Assembly (NCBI GenBank): GCA_950097015.1
Contig: CATNEN010000038.1
Coordinates: 15,872,001-15,936,000, forward strand
Direction: 5' to 3'
From: Macrostomum hystrix
Lineage: Eukaryota > Animalia > Platyhelminthes
DNA: 64,000 nucleotides
The first letter of the stretch is position 1, and each line of letters opens with the position of its first letter. The notes under the pieces were generated by a model, which did not search any database, had not been told where the DNA came from, and saw only the letters and a list, made by a program, of their open reading frames with translations. This document shows positions 35,437 to 45,958 of the stretch, piece by piece. Both the position numbers and the translations under genes were made by a program.

Positions 35437-38400
35437 ATGAGGTAAGTTTTTATACCTGAGCAGTTTGTGTGCAAGAATGTGTGCCTTCCGAGTCGCTGAA
35501 TAAACGATCCAGGGATCGGAAGTCAAAGAGCTGAGGGTCTATTTTCAAAGCTATAGATATTGATATTGTTGATTCAGACAGTCCAGATTGTTTTATTAAG
35601 TTTGCGCAAGAAATGCAATCGTAAATTGTTTGAGTTCAGAAATTATTTCTATAAAAGTAGCTTTAGAGTTCTGGAAATTAACTTTTTTACTCTTAAAAGG
35701 TTTCCTGCAAGGTGCAAAGCGTACCTGTCGAATTCGAGAGTCCATCTTCTACTCCGAGTGCCGGATGCGATTCTAGCACGGGCCTCAGAAAGGATGCTCA
35801 GAAAGCAGCCGACTCGTGGTTCCGGCAGCGGCAGCGGCACAGGCTTCGCCGGAATCGATAAGGACTGGCTGCGACTGTTCCGACGGCGAGTTGCGGTGGC
35901 TTGCAAGCCAAGAAATATAGCCAAGTAAGATCATGAAGCGACCATTAACAATAGAAAGTCCAAGGGGCACATTGCTAATACCTACATTTCTGTATCCACT
36001 AAAATATTTAACCAATCGCCATTAAAATACAGAATATGGGCTGAAATTTTCCACTCTATCAGATGACACAACTTTCAGAATCACAATTATCATCGACATC
36101 GTCGAGATATTCAACGATTCACGTCGGGGTTTCTGGTGGAAAAAAACCAACAATATAGGCATAATTTTTCAGGCAACAAAGTTTCATCATGTCGCGCGGC
36201 AATAATTGTAATTATTAGTTTGTTATAATACTATTGAATATATTTAGATTAACCGTTAATACAGGTTTATACAGAGCAATGTTAGCTGTCCCTGGCACCA
36301 GGGTCTTTGAAAAAATCGCTGAATATCTCGACATGCTGACTCGGACGGCTTTGAAATAAGTTTATCGTAAAGGGCAGAAAATTTAGATCCATAAAGTGGA
36401 CTTTCACGAAAATGGGGGTAACATTATTTTACTGCTAAGGGGTGTACATTGTTCTTTGCTAAATGGGTCATTGGTTCTCTGTTAAAGGGGTTTAAGTGGA
36501 GCATTGGTTCTATGCTAAAAGAGTATAGTAATCCTGATCAAGGGACTTTGTTTTTCTGTTAAAGGGAAGAATTGGTTCTCTACTTCTCAGCTTCGGATGG
36601 CCTTGGTTCTTTGCTAAAGGGGTTATTAAAGTTCTCTGTTAAAGGGGTCATTGATTGCCTGCTAAAGGGGGCAATAATTATTTACTAAAAGGGGGGCAAA
36701 CTCTGCAAATGTCGGCATAGTTTTCAGCTAATGGGGCATTGGTTGCCTGCTGGTGGAACATTTTTGCCTGTTGGGAGCGTTAATTGCTGAGGAGAAAACT
36801 TTTTTCGTCTAAGGGTGTTTGCCTGCTTTTATCACCTTTGGGGATTATGTTTGGCGCAGCCGGAGGGGGGCAAAATAGCTAGTCTATATTTACTAAATTG
36901 TGATAAATCAAGTCGTTCCCGCATGAAAGATTCCTAGGCGCGGTGCTTGTGGCCAGCCTGCTTATCCTCCTAGTCACCAAGGGTGTGGCCCAGCGCCGCC
37001 GAGCTGGAGCCTGCCATTGTGCCAAGTTCACCTACTCCCAGTGTCAGCCGTACGAGGGCGCCTGCGGTCCGGGCGTCAAGAAGGCCTTCTGCCAGCAGAA
37101 GCGATGCCAACCGAGGCGAAAACTAGTCCGCTGCTCCATGCCCTGCCCTGGGGACAAGGCTGCTGCTCTGCACGAAGGTGAGGGAAATATTACACGCGAT
37201 ATGAGAGTCCGGACATGACAAAACCATCTGAGAGCCTAGCGGAACGGTGAAACCTTTATTTTTAGCTTGGGAGGAAGGAATAACCAAAAATTGTCGTATA
37301 TTTAAGGCTGCGCTTCTGACTGTCAAATTATCCTAATAGAGCATGTCATGTTGTGGTCTCCGATTACAGACTTACCACGGGGGCATAGTTGTGCAAGAGC
37401 TAAATTACCTGCGACCAGAGAATAATCTGACTGCAATACCAACCCTCCTCAAACTTAGGTGACCGCAACCGCATAGCCTCAGGCGCCTGTGTGTACAGCG
37501 TACGGCGCCAGAGCCACTGGTCACGATGCACGGAGGGCGCAAAGCATCGCTCAAGAATTCTGTTCTTGCAGACAGCCAATTCAGCAGCCGACTGTCCACC
37601 AACTAAGACTGAGCGACGCAGCTGTCGAGCCTCAAAGCCGCGCTTGATAAAAAGTGAGTCGGATTTAAACTTCAATGTGTAATGACTCGTAGCTTATTTA
37701 TAACTAATTCAAGCTTATTTTCGCGAAATAAATTTCTTTACCTAATCACAGTCCTCACCCTTACTGCTGTCTCGAATGCGATTCCCGCTTGAAACTATTT
37801 TACATGCCGCTCGGCTTTTATCCATTTTCTCAGGAGTTCAAACTGCTTGAATTATATTTTTGTTGAGTCCATTGAAACAACACATTCCTACTATTGTTAA
37901 GGACGATTCTGTCAGGAGTGTGTCTGTTAGGGAGGATTCTATCAGGAATGTCTAGTAGGAAAGATTCTAACAGGAGCGGGTCTGTTAGAGACCATTCTTT
38001 CAGGAGCGGGTCTGTTAGTGACCATTCTTTCAGGAGCGGGTCTGTTAGTGACCATTCTTTCAGGAGCGGGTCTGTTAGTGACCATTCTTTCATGAGCAAG
38101 TCTAGCTGTTAGAGACCATTCTTTCATGAGCAAGTCTGTTAGTGGAATAGTCTGGAAGGGCCTATTCTGTTAGTGATTATTTCGATAGATTTCCTTTGAA
38201 GCTCTCTAGCTCTTTCCAGCAAAGAGCTAGAATATTCTCAGAAAATACCAGAAAAAAGGTTTTCAATAATTCATTCGTTTGATTTTTGCTAGAAACATTT
38301 CAAGCTTCTCGCAGTAGCATCGACAAAATTGACTATATCAGAATAGACTAACTGAGAAGCCATCAATTTTCTGAATCCCCTTAGAATGCATTTACGAACC

Positions 38401-38804
38401 AAACGGAGTTTGGTCGGCATGCGATCGTGAGCGCAATGCAATCGAGAACACCCGGAAACTGATTGACGGAACTGTGAACAATTGCCCTGTGGAACTAAAG
38501 ACCACAATGCGCTGCGTTAAACGCGACGGCTCGAGTAAGTACAGCTAGATAAAGCGATAATCAAAACTTCTCAAGCTGATCATTTTTTCATAAAAACGGT
38601 TCCAATCGAATTCCAGTGAAATGCATCTACTCCAAATGGAGCAAGTGGTCGAAGTGTGACGATGGAGTTCGGCAAAAGACGCGCAGTCTAGTTCAAGGCA
38701 CCGAGTGCGATGAGATCACGAGAATGGTGCAGGACTGCGCTTTGCCAGGACACCTGCTGGATGAAGGCGCTGTCCCAAACGCTGACTCTGTTCTTAGAAA
38801 ATGA
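35437..38804 (+). CDS. Pleiotrophin/midkine (miple)-like secreted protein with four Cys-rich domains; exons 35437-35441, [35700-35924], 36930-37177, 37459-37653, 38385-38534, 38617-38804
   Basis: ATG AG|A TTC gives the signal peptide MRFLGAVLVASLLILLV. Three C-x-Y...W-S-x-C...R-x-L...C...C modules resemble the PTN/MK C-domain; basic composition; phases consistent. Confidence 0.75.
36060..36390. mobile_element. Inverted-repeat interspersed element (family C; CATCGTCGAGATATTCA motif)
   Basis: Motif present in inverted orientation at about 36097 and 36320; related copies at 44300-45240, 47850-48150 and a fragment at 34440-34500. Confidence 0.55.
36410..36882 (+). mobile_element. Degenerate Helitron 3' portion with decayed internal repeats
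   Basis: Ends GGAGGGGGGCAAAATAGCTAG|T, resembling the 3' ends at 26005 and 30229; decayed GGTTCTCTGTTAAAGGGG repeats upstream. Confidence 0.5.
37965..38150. repeat. 30-bp minisatellite (CAGGAGCGGGTCTGTTAGTGACCATTCTTT)n in an intron
   Basis: About 5 tandem copies plus degenerate flanks. Confidence 0.9.
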
Positions 38805-39836
38805 TCAGCTGATGGGTAGCGACTGTTTGACGTAAAAGTTGTCCTGAAAAAGTCAATGCTGAAGTATGTGTACATGTTAAGCACTCGATTATAACAGAGC
38901 GCAAAATTTTCACATTAAGGTCATCGTAGGATGGTTGTATAGTATGGTAACAATTAATCATGTTATTTCATTGACGATATTAAGTACGATATTCAATTAA
39001 CATTCAAAGCAATGACAAATTAATTACTACTCTGTTGTTAGCAGCTCGTCAAAGTAAACAATATCACCCCAAATGACCGCTTAAATTTACTTTTGTTGTT
39101 TATCGTATTTTGTTCTCTCTGTGATTTCGTTAAAGGCAGTTAATTTAATTTATTTAGAAACCAATTACACATAGGCCATTCAATTGGACAACAACAAATT
39201 GTGTTACTTTGCACCTTCAAGCACCATGAAGATTTTGTGTAAAATTTTGTGTGTAAAGTCTTAAAACTTTAACTTTAAGACTCTGGTGCCAGATATTTTC
39301 TGAATGAAATTCGAAAGGACGTTGCTACAATTTTTAGGCACATTTTTATTTTAAAATAATTAGTTGCAGAGATTTTCGATAAAGACTCTTTGAGTATGCC
39401 CTTAACACATTTGAGTACAATGCAAAAAGTGATCGTCGTTATAATTAACAATTTAGATATACAAAGCTACAACGTCACATTTTCCTTTCAAATTACTATG
39501 CCATTAATAGTACATTCTTTCTAGGGCATGCGTATTATGTTTTTTCGATTCGATTTCTATGAAAAGTATTTTAACTTGCCGAAGAATACATATTGCAGCT
39601 ACAAGCCTACAAGCACTAAAATTAGCTGCGTAAAAAGATAATCTTTCAAAGGTAGTCTTGATATACAGTCGCTAATGTGATAAATGTACTGAAAAACATT
39701 CTAAATAGTTTGGTCTCATTTCTACAAGCTTTTCTACAATCTTCCAGTTTTGCCTCGTATGTCTTGAAAGCAGCTAATGTAGAGAAGCACAAAGCTCGTG
39801 ATTTTATCGTCTTGAGTTATTCAGTAAAATATGACT

Positions 39837-40472
39837 TTAGTGCACATTTAAATTGACGCCAACCAACACGGCGCCTGTGGCGGCGGTCAGCGCGAAGTGA
39901 TGCACCCGAACACCGTTAGCCTGGCGGTATCTCCTCCAGGCCTCAACATCTGGCCACTGATTGACCACCAGGTATTTGGGGCTCCAGGAGCTTCGCAGCC
40001 GGTACTGCAGGTAGTCCGGGCAGGCAATGATGTTCCATCGGCCTTCGCTGGGATCGTTCAGCTCGGCCAGGTATTCATTTTCAAACGCAGTCTGGTCGCG
40101 AAAGTCGCTCCAATCGTTGACCTCCACAACTGACATGGCCTTGTCGAAGGCGCCGCGAGCTGGCACAAGCAGTATGGCGGCCGACCACAGCCAGTCCTGC
40201 TGGCGCACTTCATTAGTGCACTCGTACCAGTACTTGGCCGCGTCAAAGCTGGGAAAGTACAGCAGGCCGTAGCCGAACTGTCTGCGATCGTCGCCTTCGA
40301 TGAGTTGTACGTCGGGCAGAAAGGCGCAGTCCTGGCCACCGTGGCTTCGCTGAATGATGGACGCGATGCGTTTGATGCTGTTGTGGTAATTGTAGGCGAT
40401 GTCTTTGCCGAAGCGAATCACTGCGTAGTAGCCAACATTTTCGGGCTCCTTGAGGCCCCGATAGGAAGCCAT
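39837..40472 (-). CDS. Intronless protein with two tandem DUF1330-like (dimeric alpha/beta barrel) domains
   Basis: HGG...VQLIEGD...LLYFPSFDAAKYWY, repeated as W.PKYLVVNQWPDVEAWRRY; 211-aa GC-rich ORF. Confidence 0.7.
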   Translation of the reverse strand: MASYRGLKEPENVGYYAVIRFGKDIAYNYHNSIKRIASIIQRSHGGQDCAFLPDVQLIEGDDRRQFGYGLLYFPSFDAAKYWYECTNEVRQQDWLWSAAILLVPARGAFDKAMSVVEVNDWSDFRDQTAFENEYLAELNDPSEGRWNIIACPDYLQYRLRSSWSPKYLVVNQWPDVEAWRRYRQANGVRVHHFALTAATGAVLVGVNLNVH

Positions 40473-41886
40473 GATGAGTCGGATGGTCTGTTTGAAAATC
40501 CAACGTCACTGTCGCTCACTTGCGCCTTACCTTGACTTCTAGTCCACAGTCCTTTGTACCGTCGCTATAGGTTGACCTGCCTCGCTCCCTCTAACTATCT
40601 AGCTCGCTCACGCAAGTAATATTTTCCTTACGCCCATCTCTTTCCTAAAGTGTTGTCCATGACGACCGACCTCAAGCAATGCTCTCGACGGGTCTCTATC
40701 TCTGTTCAATTTTTCTGCGAGTGTGAGCACTGCAGCTAGAATAAACTCAATGAGCAAGCCATAGAGAAAAATCTACTGGGCCAGTAGAATAGGTTCTTCT
40801 TTTTTTCTTTAAAGAGGCCAACCAGCCTCTTCCTGCTGCTGTGAGTGCTGTGAATAGAGGCCAGTTTTCATCCGATACTTTAACCATGATGCACTTCGTG
40901 TGATTATTCAACTATTGTTGTTTAAGTGAGATATAATCTCGTAAACTATCAAAACATACAAAAACTCTTAGTCATGCATTCTGGTTGGGGCTCAGGTTAG
41001 ACGATGAAGCCTATACGAAAAGGTGTCTGAATGCACATCGTTATGCCACAGGAATTTAGTAAATGTACCATGTGTTCATTAGAACTATGAGAAAGCTACA
41101 ATCACAATCTCACTTCTTTAAAGTGTATCAGAGATATCTTGATTGTATCGATCGCGACCGCGGCATCAGGGCTCCTACTATACCAGCACATTAGCTTCAC
41201 TATATGTTTTGAGCAAGAACGATTTCAAGTTTTCTTTAATACATAACCAGCTGAAATTCTAAAAACGTTCTGCAGTTCATGGCATGCTCGTTCAGTATTT
41301 CATAGTGTGAATTATTTATTTCTAGAACCTATAGAAATAAACGACATATAAAGTGGCGATTCATTTAGAGCCCGCAGCAGGTTAATTTTGCTCACAATGC
41401 GATGCCATTATTCCTTCGCTCTCGTTTCTCTTTAGCATTGCAGCAGTTCTAAATACGTTAATTGGCTGTCAACCGAGCCCATTCTCTTGGCACTCGAAGC
41501 CTAGCGCATCTCGAAAAGTTTGCATTCCGAGATGCGTACAACGGCCGTCTCTGCTATATTGCTCATTTAATCTATCCACTCTCAACAAGACAGTAAACTT
41601 GACTAACCTTGGCCAGGTGTACACAGAGGTAGCACAACCCTAAAATATTCGGCATTAGCACACAAACCAAGCGGAGAACACACAGCGACACAACCGCACA
41701 ATACAGCAGCGGCCCGTTACAGAGTCCCGGCCGACTGTCTAGTCCTGCTTCGTCAGCATTCGCTGTCGTTTCAACGCCGCGGCGAAAGTGAGCCGCAGGG
41801 CCTGAGTAAACTGCAATTATTTGCTCCACTCTTTCCACTTGAGGCTTGACAGAAAGAGCGGAGAAGAAAGAGTGTGGGAGGCAGAA

Positions 41887-44121
41887 ATGTCCTCGGATAC
41901 GGAGTCGTTCACTTCGCATTCGGGCAGCATAGAGCAGCAGCTGGAGTCAGTACTTGAGCTTGGCACTAGCTCTCTGCAGCAAAGAGTTTCGGCTACAGAA
42001 GGAGGCGGCGCGAATTTTATAGAGGCTGCTGGGACAGCTGGTCCATCTAGGTGAGAAGCATCGATACATGTACTATTATGTATTACTTCATATATTAGTT
42101 AAAAACTTTGCACCACAAATCTTCCAGCTATCATAGAGCAGACGACGTCGCTATTGACGAATCTTCTCACGGTTCGTTTTCGGAGGAGGGTGAAGCCGAA
42201 GGTGAGGGTGGAGCAGCTGCCGGGCGGCGGAACGAGGAGGCGGGAGAGGAGATGCAACATCAGCAGGTTGCAGATGACAATGACTCGGATGGCAGCGAAG
42301 GTAAATTAGCTCAAAGAAACTTAGTATCTGATTATACTTTTTATTTGAAGATTTATCAAGTGCCAACCATCGATAATAAACATTTCGATAACCACATCCA
42401 GATCATGCCGTCAATGGTCGAATGGACAGTCGTTCTTCCAGTCAATTTCAAGTGCACGAGTCAGGCCGCTTCGATGCCAGCAGTCGCGATTTGGACCTAC
42501 GCACAGTGTCTCGCCAGCACTGCAAGAAGTCGGCTAGGCGCGGCTACGACTTCAAGCTGATGCTTGTTGGCGAGAGTGGAATCGGCAAGACAACTCTCAT
42601 CGATAGCCTCTTTAATGTGGAGAGCACAAGAAATCTCGGCAGTAAGTACGTCAGAAATCACCGCGACACAGTCAGCACCACAAAGCTGTGCGAGCGATTT
42701 TTCGAGCTCGAGGAGGGCGGCGTCACGGTCAGGCTGACAGTGATTGACACTCCGGGATTTGCCACCGAGCTGGACAGCCGCGGCTGCGTGGAACCCGTGC
42801 TCAGCTACGTGGAGCGCCAGCTGGATGACTACTACCGGATGGAGCAGGGCACGGACAGGTCGAAGCTACAGGACGGGCGGGTTCACGCCCTGCTCTACCT
42901 GATTAATCCATCGAGTCGGGGACTTAGGCAGTTGGATGTGATGTGCATGAAAGCCCTCCATAGCAAGGTCAACATAGTGCCAGTCATCGGCAAGGCTGAC
43001 AGTCTTACACCAGCTGAGAAGGCTAGCCTCAAGGCTTCGATTCTGCAGGACCTCGGCAGGCACGGAATATCGACCTACACTCTACCGGAATTCGACGAGT
43101 GCTTCGGGCATCAAACAGATCAGACTGGAGACGATGTGTACCTGAGAAATCAATACGACACGCTGAGAGGCGCCATGCCGCTGGCGGTTGTGGGTTCCAG
43201 CCAATTAGTGAAGAGCAACACCAGCGGTCAGTGGATCAGAGTTCGCGAATATCCGTGGGGGATCGTGGACATTGAAAACCCGGAGTTTTCCGACTTTTTG
43301 AAACTGCGCGAGTTGCTCATGTGAGTCATTTACTTTTGAATTGCATAAAATTTACCTGGATGAAAATAATCGAATAGGAAAACTTAGAAGATGTAGCAAC
43401 ACACATTCCCGTGGTAGACTTTAAATCATCATTTTCGCTTTTTTGGTTGTAAATCAGGAAGAAGGACCTTAGTAGATTTGATAATGCAATCCAACTCTAC
43501 TTCAGACAGTACATGGAAGACTTCAAAGAAAGGACTCACGAAGTTATCTATGAACAGATTCGACTTAGCAAGCTCAGACAAAACGACTGGCAGATGTCGC
43601 GGTAAGTGTGTCGAATTTGCTTTATTATCTTCAAAGGTACCAGTTTCTTTCTTGCTAGTGTGTCTCGTTTCGCTGAACTCCGAAGTAAAAATTTATCTAA
43701 ATGTCTTATTCTGAATCTAACACTAGCCCATACTCAAGCAATGTATTATACAATGCAAAGCATTAGGATTACGTCTATTAAAATTCTGTACAATTCGAAA
43801 TGAAGAATGTCCAAGACCCTGGCCGAGCGGGATCGCCTACTGCGCGAAAAGGAGGACGAACTTCGCCGTCTGCGTGAAGCTGTTGAAGGACTTCAGAGGG
43901 CCAGCACTAGCAGCGACAGTAACAGCAGGTCGTCGAGCTTGCCAACGGCGTCGCACGAATCGACGTCGTCGGCGATGGCTGGCATCAACGCCAGGGCGTT
44001 CGCGTCGGGCAGTGGCGGCGGTGCAGCGGCGATGCAGCAGCGGCTTACTTCAAGCAGTTCGGCTGCCTACGGCCCACAGCTGCGTTCCAGAAAGCTGGCG
44101 ATGAGCTCGCAGTACAATTGA
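41887..44121 (+). CDS. Septin (approx. exons 41887-42051, 42128-42300, 42402-43321, 43509-43601, 43807-44121)
   Basis: G1 GESGIGKTT, G3 DTPG, G4 GKAD, DGRVH, septin-unique element REYPWG...SDF.KLR, C-terminal coiled coil. Confidence 0.93.
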
Positions 44122-44499
44122 ATATCGGAGCTCAGAACTCTAGCATATGCTATGCGATGCTTTTGGTCATCTGGAAATCTAGCTATAATAGTTGCAATGT
44201 TCTTTTAATCCATGGTTCGAATCATTTTTTGGTCACGCATGTAGAAATTTTCTTCACCAAAAATTTTCCGCTCAGGAAAATGCTTTGAGATCCGATAAAA
44301 AAACTTCCAGAATCACAAAGCATCTGCATCGTCGAGATATTCAATGATTCTCGTCGGGTGCATGGTGGCAAAACCTTATTTTTTTGCTCACAAAATTTTT
44401 ACATGCTACAATATCAGCTACTATTGTTGATATAATTGTATTGATTATATTGCTAATTTTTATATTATAAATTTTTATATTATATATTAGAACTGCAGC

Positions 44500-45111
44500 T
44501 GTGACGAAATTAACGGCAGACAGAGTCAGGCGGAAGTTTAATATTCCAATTAGAGTCCAGAGTTCGCGTAATCTAGTGTAGCGGTAGCACTTTATCTTTA
44601 TTTATTATCACTGAGACACACGCGACAAGCAATATAATTAAAGTCAGGTGCAGGAGCTCAATGATGACGATGCAATAGAGAAGACAGCGGATGACAGTAG
44701 ATAGGTAATGACAGAACGAAACACTCGGCAGAACAGTGGGTAAGTAGGTCGCAGTGAAAGTAACAGTGGCCGGGTCAAGAGCAGTGACAAAAGGGGTGAG
44801 CCGGTTAAGGGGCACGGGCGGGCCCAGGGGGCCTAGTTAAATAAGCTAGCCCGCGGTAAAAACAGGGCGATCGATAATCTAGAGAAACAGAGCACGCACG
44901 CTCATTGTCTGAGAGAATTGACATTAATGCAACTGCGAGATAAGTTTAGGGATAGCGCGATGTGCGTTGGCGTTTACTTACAGTAACAATCTAAGAAATA
45001 TACGGAATTACAAAGTTGGTGACAGCGTAATTACATTTGTTAAACGGCCCAATTCAGTACCACATAAATTTAAACTTCATAGGGGCTCTTGCAGTAAGTG
45101 ACAACATCACA
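44500..45111 (-). mobile_element. Solo LTR (612 bp) nested in a family C element
   Basis: TGTGACG...CATCACA termini; 5-bp TSD GCAGC at 44495-44499 and 45112-45116; AATAAA on the minus strand near 44600. Confidence 0.75.
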
Positions 45112-45958
45112 GCAGCAGTGTTTGTTGTCCTTGGCACTAGGGTCTTTGACAAGAATCGCTGAATATCTCGACGTGCTGACTTCGGATGGCTTTGAAAGTC
45201 GGTCCATCGAAAAAGTTCGAAATCTTGATCCAAAAGAGGTGAATATATTATTCATGTACTTATTCGAGTTTAGTTATTAAGTTTCTGACGAGGTAGTTTA
45301 ATTACGTCCATAATTTCCATTTATATTGATTTCTTATTGTCTCATACATAAAAATCGAACAAATCAGAACTCTTAGAAACTATAATTGATAAACTGTAAC
45401 TTTTCCAAATATCCCATTGTTAAATTGTATCACTACCATGACTCGATAGCTTAACAGTCATTTTTGGCATTTTAGTAGAACAAAGCGTCAAAGATCGACT
45501 GTGTCAGAAAGGTTTGTGACTTAAAGTCTCTCGCTTGAAAAAATGTATATTTTTTATGAATTCGGAAACTACGGCGATGAGAAAAAAAATCGGATACTTC
45601 AAGTCCTAACGAACGCTTGGCAAAGATCACCGGTTTTAGAAATGAATATAATTCATCTGCAATGTTTTAATTCCCTATTTTGTTCGTCACCATAGATAAG
45701 AAAGAGAACTGGATAGGGATGATAGGACAATTGGATATCCCTATCCCATAATAGGGAAAGATCTTGGAGAGTTCTCTTGTTTAAAAAATTCGAATGAATA
45801 CAGCCTTTTATTTGTGACAAGAGACAGTTTAAAGTAAGATGGTCCAATTGCACACAGCAAACACTCCGGCAAAAAGTTTGCACACTGTTTGTGTGAAAAG
45901 TAAATTACCAAAAAGCAGATGCACAGGAGTTACTGAAAAATTGTTGTCCGGTCAGAAA

